From: a candidate division WOR-3 bacterium
GTDB taxonomy: Bacteria > Hydrothermota > Tepidihabitantia > SM23-42 > JAOAFX01
DNA: 12,171 nt
Assembly (NCBI GenBank): GCA_039802265.1
Contig: JBDRWI010000065.1
Coordinates: forward strand, 1-12,171
Direction of reading: 5' to 3'
Position 1 is the stretch's first letter; the number at the start of each line of letters is the position of its first letter. The translations under genes were made by a program, and so were the position numbers. Positions 6,022-12,171 of the stretch are shown here, in pieces. The notes beneath the pieces were generated by a model that was not told the DNA's origin, did no database searches, and worked only from the letters and a program-made list of their open reading frames with translations.

Positions 6022-9000
6022 ATGAGATTAGTTATTGCTTTCTTATTTATCCTGGGTGCACTGTTCGCCCAGGAAATGGCACCTTATTGTTGCGCACCTC
6101 CTTTTGTCACGACTGTGGTGCCGCCCAATATAATGATTCTGATGGATAATTCAGGGAGTATGGCTGATGCATCATATCAGATACATACACCGGAAATCTG
6201 GATGGGCACGCCGAATGACACAATAAAATGGTATGGATATTTTTATCCAGATTCAAACTACAGTTTTGCGAGTAATAGATTTTATAGCGACCCGAATGGG
6301 AAATGGCCGGGAAGACTCCTGAACTGGGCCTGTATGTCAAGGGGTGATATCTTGAGAAGGGCACTGGTTGGTGGCAAGTCAAATTCCCAGTTCGGTGCAG
6401 GTGGTGCAATAATTACCCTTTATAGCGAAGGAAGAGATACCTGGACTGTGAGGTATTACAGAGATGCTAATAATTACAATACATTCACTGTCAGCCATTC
6501 CGGCAGTGGTGAAACTCAATTGACCGTCACGATAACTGGCTCTAATCCACCTATCAATGCAACACTCTCTAATGCCAATGTGCGGGTTGATATTCCACGC
6601 TCAAGATGGATTGGTGTTTTACAGCAGATTGGTGGTCAGGAAGTTCCTCCTGGTTCAGGCAACTGGGTGTGGCGTGATGATGCGCCAAGGTTCGGACTAT
6701 TTATCTATAACCTGACCTGGTCTGGTGGTGTTGGCGGTCGGATTGTTGACTATATTGGGGATGTTACTACACTCAATGATATGTGTAACCATATTCAAAA
6801 TACTGGTTGGACAACGAATACCCCTCTGTGTGAGACCTATTTTGAAATCATCCATTACTTCTCCCAATCCAATCCCCATTATCTGAATAGCAACTATAAT
6901 GCCCAGCCGGGTGGTCAGAAAGACCCGATGTATTATAATCCACCTGGTGGCGGTTCTTTTTTACCGGTTCCCTGCAGGAGAAACTTCTGTCTGGCAATCA
7001 CTGATGGTGAGCCTTGGAGAGAAGCACCAATACCAGATAATGATATTGCCCATTTGCCCGATGCATATCACCTCCAGACTGAAGGTAGACCTTTTACTAT
7101 TGAGGACAATGGGGGTCCCAATCAGTGGGGCGAACATTTTGATGAGATTGCCTTCTATGCAAACACAACTGACCTGCGCAAGGCAGGTTACAGGCCAGTT
7201 GCTGATTCTCAGAACCTTGCACTTTATATTATTTATTGTTTTGGTGCAACTGGAAGTCCGCTTTTAAGGCAAGCTGCAAAATGTGGTGGATTTGAGGAAA
7301 AAGGTGGTGTGGTTGGTCCAGATTTACGCAGTGAATGGGATGCGGATTCAAATGATATTCCAGATAATTATTTTGAAGCACAGAATGGAAATGAACTTGA
7401 GGAAGCAATAATGAAGGCAATTATGCAGATGCTTGCCAAGGTTTCTTCTGCGTCAGCTGCAGCAGTTGTGAGTGCGGGTACAAAAGGTGCGGGTCTTGCA
7501 ACCCAGGCACAATTCTATCCAAGAAGGCAGTTCCCAACGGGCGAACTCCTTGAATGGACAGGTTCAATCTATTCTCTCTGGGTTGATAAATTCGGGCAAT
7601 TAAGGGAAGATAATAATCATGACCGCTATCTCCATTTAAAGAATGACTTTGTGGTAAGGGTTGAATTTGACTCTTCAGTTGGTGATGTGCGGGTAAGACG
7701 ATACCAGGATGTGCTTGGCAATGGTGAGTCATTGGTTTTTGTTCCGCCCCCACTTCCGCTTGAAGAACTTGAACCAGTCTGGGATGGTGGTAAATGGCTA
7801 TGGAATGCTTCGCCAGATGATAGAAGGATAAAGGCATTTGTAGATTTTAATAAAAATGGAACTGTTGATGCAGGGGAGTATCTTGATTTTCTCTCTACTA
7901 ATGCCCCAACATTCAGACCCTACCTTGGTGTGCTTACTGACGGATTAGCGGATACAATTATAAGGTATGTGCGGGGAATTGATTTTGACCTCTTAAGACC
8001 GAGAACCACAGATGGCAGGGTCTGGAAACTCAGCGATATTATAAATTCTTCTGCAACAGTTGTGGCAAGACCAATGGAGAGGTATGATTATCTTTATGGA
8101 GATGTCACCTATCAGGAATTCTGGAATGCAGAATCTCTGCGTCGTCCTGTGGTCTATGTTGGTGCAAATGATGGTATGTTACACGCATTCAATGCGGGTT
8201 ATTACAGAGATATTACTGACCCAGACCCATTCAAGGTTGGTTATCAGGACCCGCTTGGTAGTTATTCATTAGGACAGGAACTCTGGGCACACATACCTTA
8301 TAATCTATTAGCACATCTTAAATGGCTCCCCAATCCCCATTACTGCCATGTATATTATGTTGACTTGACACCGTATCCTACCGATGTCCAGATATTTACC
8401 CCTGATCCAGTCCATCCCCAGGGCTGGGGGACGGTCCTGACCGTTGGTATGCGGCTTGGTGGTGGTGAAATCAGAATTGCGAATGACACCCTGAATTCTG
8501 CCTATTTCATGATAGATGTTTCTGACCCATTGAATCCACAGCCAATGTGGGAATTCACCCATCCAAATCTTAAATACACACTCACTTATCCAACCGCAAT
8601 AAAGATAAAGAATTATTCTCTCAATGTTGAGAGATGGTTTATGGTCTTTGCTTCAGGCCCCATAAACTGTGCTGGGGAATCCAACCAGAATGCGAGGATT
8701 TATGTGCTTGACCTTGCGACAGGTGCGATTGAAAGAATTATTACTGTTCCTGACCCTAATTCCTTTGTCGCCAATATCTTTGGCATTGACTGGGACCAGA
8801 ACTATTCGGTTGAGTTAATCTACTTTGCTGATTGTTTTCGTGATAACACTGCACCGGGTGGCTGGGGTGGTAAGATATACCGGATAAAGACAAAGGAAAG
8901 CATAAACCCGTATGACTGGGAACTCTCTGCGGTTACGGTAAATCTGCAGAGGCCGATGATTGCTGAAGGTAATGTGACCGTTGATGAGTTCAACCGACTT

Positions 9001-9588
9001 TGGATCTATTTCGGTTCAGGCAGATTCTTTTCTGATGTTGATGAAGCGGATACCGTTACTAAACAGCTCTTTATTGGAATTAAGGAAGATACTGTAAGCA
9101 CATTCTCACTTGCATCATTATATAATGTCACGAATGCCTGGGTTGATACCATGGGAAATGTTCATATTGGTGCCACGATAAAATCCTTTGAAGAATTTAT
9201 GGATGATGTCTACGCGACCAATGGATGGTATCGTTACTTTTCAAGGGGTGGTGAGCGATGTCTTACTCCGGCATTAGTCTTTGGTGGTGCTGTGCTCTTT
9301 ACTACATTCGTTCCTACTTCAGATATCTGTTCTTATGGAGGTTATGGTAATCTTTATGCAATGTTCTATAAAACTGGAACTGCACATCCGGAATCATACC
9401 TGGGTGATACACTCGGTGCACACAGACTTTTTACGAGTATAGGTCCGGGTATGCCTTCAGAACCTGCACTCTATGTTACTGCAGACCAGACCAAGGTCTT
9501 TATTCAGACTTATGGTGGAATTGTTCAACAGGAAACTGGCTTACCAACCGCAGTTAAACCAGGCGTAATTCTCTGGAAGGGTAGATAA
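6022..9588 (+). CDS. pilY1: PilY1/PilC-family type IV pilus tip adhesin (N-terminal vWA-like domain, C-terminal beta-propeller)
   Basis: 1188 aa with a signal peptide and MIDAS-like elements (PNIMILMDNSGSM, TPL, ITDGEP). PilY1 propeller motifs include LSDIINS, VYVGANDGMLHAF, ELWAHIP, YYVD, IYFGSGR and GGAVLFTTFVP..DIC..GG. AGGAGG RBS. Confidence 0.93.
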   Translation: MRLVIAFLFILGALFAQEMAPYCCAPPFVTTVVPPNIMILMDNSGSMADASYQIHTPEIWMGTPNDTIKWYGYFYPDSNYSFASNRFYSDPNGKWPGRLLNWACMSRGDILRRALVGGKSNSQFGAGGAIITLYSEGRDTWTVRYYRDANNYNTFTVSHSGSGETQLTVTITGSNPPINATLSNANVRVDIPRSRWIGVLQQIGGQEVPPGSGNWVWRDDAPRFGLFIYNLTWSGGVGGRIVDYIGDVTTLNDMCNHIQNTGWTTNTPLCETYFEIIHYFSQSNPHYLNSNYNAQPGGQKDPMYYNPPGGGSFLPVPCRRNFCLAITDGEPWREAPIPDNDIAHLPDAYHLQTEGRPFTIEDNGGPNQWGEHFDEIAFYANTTDLRKAGYRPVADSQNLALYIIYCFGATGSPLLRQAAKCGGFEEKGGVVGPDLRSEWDADSNDIPDNYFEAQNGNELEEAIMKAIMQMLAKVSSASAAAVVSAGTKGAGLATQAQFYPRRQFPTGELLEWTGSIYSLWVDKFGQLREDNNHDRYLHLKNDFVVRVEFDSSVGDVRVRRYQDVLGNGESLVFVPPPLPLEELEPVWDGGKWLWNASPDDRRIKAFVDFNKNGTVDAGEYLDFLSTNAPTFRPYLGVLTDGLADTIIRYVRGIDFDLLRPRTTDGRVWKLSDIINSSATVVARPMERYDYLYGDVTYQEFWNAESLRRPVVYVGANDGMLHAFNAGYYRDITDPDPFKVGYQDPLGSYSLGQELWAHIPYNLLAHLKWLPNPHYCHVYYVDLTPYPTDVQIFTPDPVHPQGWGTVLTVGMRLGGGEIRIANDTLNSAYFMIDVSDPLNPQPMWEFTHPNLKYTLTYPTAIKIKNYSLNVERWFMVFASGPINCAGESNQNARIYVLDLATGAIERIITVPDPNSFVANIFGIDWDQNYSVELIYFADCFRDNTAPGGWGGKIYRIKTKESINPYDWELSAVTVNLQRPMIAEGNVTVDEFNRLWIYFGSGRFFSDVDEADTVTKQLFIGIKEDTVSTFSLASLYNVTNAWVDTMGNVHIGATIKSFEEFMDDVYATNGWYRYFSRGGERCLTPALVFGGAVLFTTFVPTSDICSYGGYGNLYAMFYKTGTAHPESYLGDTLGAHRLFTSIGPGMPSEPALYVTADQTKVFIQTYGGIVQQETGLPTAVKPGVILWKGR

Positions 9589-9598
9589 GGGGGCTAAA

Positions 9599-9940
9599 AT
9601 GAAGAAATTATTCTTTCTTTTAATAATATTCTGTCTGCCACTAATTGCCGAAGAGATCTGGCTTGGTATGGCTATGGAGACTAAAGGCGATACATTGATT
9701 CTCGTAGATAATCTTAAGGTCTATGTACCCGGGTTATCCCTGGGCAAATACATAAACCAGAATAATCAGGCGATAGACATCAATAGGGTCAAATTTCCAT
9801 TTACTGCCTCACTCGTAAAGCCTGATGGACAAGGTTTGCCAGACGAAAAGACAGATAGAAATGTTATTGCCAATACCTATATCAAAATCCACAAGTTCTA
9901 CAGGGTAGTAAACGGCAGATTAGTGGAAGAAAAGGAATAG
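9599..9940 (+). CDS. Small secreted protein in the pilY2 position
   Basis: 113 aa with signal peptide MKKLFFLLIIFCLPLIA, an AAGGGGG RBS and a start 10 nt after the pilY1 stop. Homology to PilY2 is not established. Confidence 0.7.
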   Translation: MKKLFFLLIIFCLPLIAEEIWLGMAMETKGDTLILVDNLKVYVPGLSLGKYINQNNQAIDINRVKFPFTASLVKPDGQGLPDEKTDRNVIANTYIKIHKFYRVVNGRLVEEKE

Positions 9941-9943
9941 AAT

Positions 9944-10002
9944 AAAAGGTCAGGCCTGGCAATTATATATAATCAAAAACAAAGCCAGACCTGACCTTTT
10001 TT
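9944..10002 (+). repeat. Long-loop inverted repeat (possible terminator or REPIN-like element) ending the pilin operon
   Basis: AAAAGGTCAGGCCTGGC (9944-9960), a 23-nt AT-rich spacer, then GCCAGACCTGACCTTTT (9984-10000). One mismatch; the right arm ends in a T6 run (9997-10002). Confidence 0.75.
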
Positions 10003-10003
10003 C

Positions 10004-10031
10004 TTGACTTAATTAAAATTCTGAATACAAT
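10004..10031 (+). promoter_or_regulatory. Sigma70-type promoter TTGACT-N16-TACAAT for the Ig-like lipoprotein
   Basis: TTGACT at 10004-10009 and TACAAT at 10026-10031, followed by GGAGGT and the TTG start at 10058. Confidence 0.6.
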
Positions 10032-10057
10032 ATCCACAAAGAACAACGGAGGTAAAA

Positions 10058-10969
10058 TTGAAGAATAATAGAAATAGCATGGTCTCAATGGCTATATTGG
10101 GTTTATTGGCTCTATTTATTATGGGATGTGGTGGTAAAAAAGAGGGTATATCTGGGAATACACCCCCGGAAATTACTGAAGTCACATTACTCCCTTTAAA
10201 TCCAACGATTGGGTCTGAAATTAGTGTCAGAATCTCTGCATTTGACAAAGAAGGCGACCCATTGACCTACAGAGTAAAATGGTTTGTAAATGATAGAGAA
10301 ATAGGCGAAGGAATGTCTTTTAAATATGAAGAAGCAAAAAGGGGTGATAAGATTTTTGCTGAGGTTTCGCCTTTTGATGGCAAAGAATGGGGAAAGGCAG
10401 TGCGCAGCCGGGCAGTTACCCTTGGTGGATTACCACCAAGAATAATATCTGTGAAAATCATTCCTGAGTCTTTATTCGTCCACACACCGCGGATTGTTGT
10501 TTCAACAACTGCTGAAGACCCTGATGGAGATTCGCTTCAGATATTTGTTTACTGGATGCTAAATGATGATAGAATTCCTGACTCTTCAAATGTTCTTGAC
10601 CTTACAAAACTAAAACTTAAAAAGAATGATAGAATTACCGCTGGGGTGGTGGCATTTGATGGACAATTTAAATCTGAGCCATTTATGATTGAAATGGAAA
10701 TTGCTAATTCACCCCCGGTCTTCAGTACACGCGTTGATTCAGTCGTTGCAAGCCCTCAGAATTTATACTATAAGGTTCCGATAATAGACCCTGATGGTGA
10801 CCCGTTAAAATTTGAGTTGCTCTCCGCGCCGGAAGGCGTGAAGATTGATAAGAATACAGGTGTAATCTCTGGTAGTGCGGGTGATGTTAATACATTTGAA
10901 GTATCAGTTCGGGCGACAGATACTGATGGTGCATATTTGGATGCGAAGTTTACACTGACTGCGCCGTAA
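10058..10969 (+). CDS. Lipoprotein with three Ig/cadherin-like repeats (putative Ig domain at the C-terminus)
   Basis: 303 aa, TTG start with a GGAGGT RBS, lipobox-like IMG|C24. Three repeats start NTPP, GLPP and NSPP and contain DKEGD, DPDGD and DPDGD. The end APEGVKIDKNTGVISG...VRATDTDGA is typical of He_PIG domains. Confidence 0.85.
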   Translation: MKNNRNSMVSMAILGLLALFIMGCGGKKEGISGNTPPEITEVTLLPLNPTIGSEISVRISAFDKEGDPLTYRVKWFVNDREIGEGMSFKYEEAKRGDKIFAEVSPFDGKEWGKAVRSRAVTLGGLPPRIISVKIIPESLFVHTPRIVVSTTAEDPDGDSLQIFVYWMLNDDRIPDSSNVLDLTKLKLKKNDRITAGVVAFDGQFKSEPFMIEMEIANSPPVFSTRVDSVVASPQNLYYKVPIIDPDGDPLKFELLSAPEGVKIDKNTGVISGSAGDVNTFEVSVRATDTDGAYLDAKFTLTAP

Positions 10970-10971
10970 AA

Positions 10972-11014
10972 GAGTAGTCAGTAGGGCAGTAGCCGGTAAT
11001 CATTAAGCAATGAC
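10972..11014 (+). repeat. Degenerate 7-nt tandem repeat (CAGTAGN-like)
   Basis: gagtagt cagtagg g cagtagc cggtaat cattaag caatgac, directly after the lipoprotein stop codon. Confidence 0.45.
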
Positions 11015-11038
11015 AGACAACAAGAATAGTAAGGAGTA

Positions 11039-11067
11039 TTGACTTTAGGAGCGATAAATTTTAAAGT
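11039..11067 (+). promoter_or_regulatory. Candidate sigma70 promoter TTGACT-N17-TAAAGT
   Basis: TTGACT at 11039-11044 and TAAAGT at 11062-11067, upstream of ATG 11131. Confidence 0.45.
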
Positions 11068-11130
11068 AATAAGGAAATAAATGGGCATAAAGTATGATTA
11101 AGGGTCATATGTATTATGTGGTGAGAAATA

Positions 11131-11886
11131 ATGGGTCTTAAATTTAGAATCAGAAATTGTTTATTCATTGGAATTTGTTTGGGTTTTGGGTTTTGGGATT
11201 TGGGATTTACTCAATCACTTGTTTTCCAAACTGGAGATACATTAAAATTTTACAAAAATGGTAGCCTGATAGAACAAAGGATACTGAAAAGGGAAGAGAG
11301 TACAAATGATGGAGGTTATTACATTGAAAAGGCTGGTGTATCATCTGATAATAAAAGATTTTTTATATGCGAAGAGAGATACTTTCCTGAAAAGGATAGC
11401 ATATATACAAAACTAAGTGTGTATTATTCCAATCAGAAAAGAATATTTACCCATATAAAGGGCGGTAGTAGAAAAATATGTGCAGACCTTACAAGGGTCT
11501 ATCCGGATAAGATTGTTTTTTTTGTCACCGATCGCTTGAATGACAACCCGGTGATGGTGATAATAAAAAATAGTAATAATAGAAAGACAATTGATTTGAG
11601 ACACTGGACGAGTATTGCTAATTATGCATTTTCACCAGGTGGAAAATATATTTTATTCCACGCCAGAAAACCTTATAATAACAGGCTCTGGGATTATATC
11701 TATTTTTTAGACCTCAAGACGAACAAATCCTGGGAGTATTTATTCCCTTTTTGTTTTTCATGTAAGAGGGGATGGATTGATTTAAAAGTATATGATGATG
11801 GCAAGAGCGAGGTGATTTATAGAAATGAACATAGGATTTTTGATCAGAAGGGGAATTTGATTGATATATTTGTGAAATTGGATTAA
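11131..11886 (+). CDS. Hypothetical secreted beta-rich protein (possible partial beta-propeller)
   Basis: 251 aa with an N-terminal basic then hydrophobic segment, TolB/WD-like turns (SSDNKRFFI, FSPGGKYILF) and a CFSC motif. Confidence 0.7.
   Translation: MGLKFRIRNCLFIGICLGFGFWDLGFTQSLVFQTGDTLKFYKNGSLIEQRILKREESTNDGGYYIEKAGVSSDNKRFFICEERYFPEKDSIYTKLSVYYSNQKRIFTHIKGGSRKICADLTRVYPDKIVFFVTDRLNDNPVMVIIKNSNNRKTIDLRHWTSIANYAFSPGGKYILFHARKPYNNRLWDYIYFLDLKTNKSWEYLFPFCFSCKRGWIDLKVYDDGKSEVIYRNEHRIFDQKGNLIDIFVKLD
11168..11208 (+). repeat. 7-nt tandem repeat TTGGGWT inside the signal-peptide coding region
   Basis: ttggaat ttgt ttgggtt ttgggtt ttgggat ttgggat tt. Confidence 0.8.
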
Positions 11887-11926
11887 CGTAAAGACCGCAA
11901 AATTATCGCAGAGGACGCAAAATTAA
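11887..11926 (+). repeat. Two imperfect 20-nt direct repeats between convergent genes
   Basis: cgtaaagaccgcaaaattat / cgcagaggacgcaaaattaa (15 of 20 identical), with internal 9-nt CGCA(A/G)A periodicity. Confidence 0.55.
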
Positions 11927-11944
11927 AGGACTAAGTCCCTCCTC

Positions 11945-12171
11945 TTAAAAGATTGCCTGAAAGCCTAAGGTAGCGAGGATACCAAGAATAAAGACACCGC
12001 CCAAACAACTGAATACCTTTGCCTTTGCCTTGCCTGGTGCTGAACGCACAGCCTGATAGTTTAATTCAACGATTGTCTCTTTATTTGCTTCAATCCGTAC
12101 CTTTACAGTCCCTTCGCCGAATTTTGCAATACGCCACAAGGCACCAAGATTCCCGCTTTTGAACTGATAAG
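11945..12171 (-). CDS. 3' end of a hypothetical protein with a C-terminal membrane anchor (enters from the right edge)
   Basis: The frame is open from the window end: ...YQFKSGNLGALWRIAKFGEGTVKVRIEANKETIVELNY...VFSCLGGVFILGILATLGFQAIF*. Confidence 0.65.
   Translation of the reverse strand, partial: YQFKSGNLGALWRIAKFGEGTVKVRIEANKETIVELNYQAVRSAPGKAKAKVFSCLGGVFILGILATLGFQAIF

Noticed and set aside
6340..6348. RGD tripeptide in PilY1 (CMSRGDIL)
   Set aside because: It falls in a probable helix of the vWA-like region rather than an evident exposed loop, and a single tripeptide in 1188 aa is easily chance. Integrin binding is not supported.
6022..9588. Diversity-generating retroelement or shufflon acting on pilY1 or the pilins
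   Set aside because: No reverse transcriptase, site-specific recombinase, template/variable repeat pair or duplicated C-terminal cassettes were seen in the window.
4748..11604. Short alternative-frame or antisense ORFs inside pilW, pilX, pilY1, the lipoprotein and the 251-aa gene
   Set aside because: All are nested in or largely overlap longer genes with better support, and none has a recognisable motif.

Overview
AT-rich bacterial window. The gene content suggests a diderm, possibly FCB/WOR-3-like lineage, but that is inference only. The left third (minus strand) holds the 5' end of a TonB-dependent-receptor-like gene, a DUF2723/TMEM260-like membrane glycosyltransferase, a DUF1844 protein and a divergent HUH Y1 tyrosine transposase of RAYT type with a C-terminal HTH. 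The transposase gene is bracketed by two near-identical 31-41 bp palindromes, one of which supplies the -35 box of its apparently leaderless promoter. The plus strand carries a type IV pilus minor-pilin/adhesin operon (fimT/fimU-pilV-pilW-pilX-pilY1 plus a small secreted protein), preceded by a sigma54-type promoter with a candidate activator palindrome and IHF-like site. The operon is followed by a long-loop inverted repeat, a three-repeat Ig-like lipoprotein, a secreted protein whose signal peptide is partly encoded by 7-nt tandem repeats, and the 3' end of a convergent membrane-anchored hypothetical gene. The best candidate for a novel system is the palindrome-RAYT-palindrome cassette beside the pilus locus. 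All family calls come from motif recognition by eye; no database search was run.
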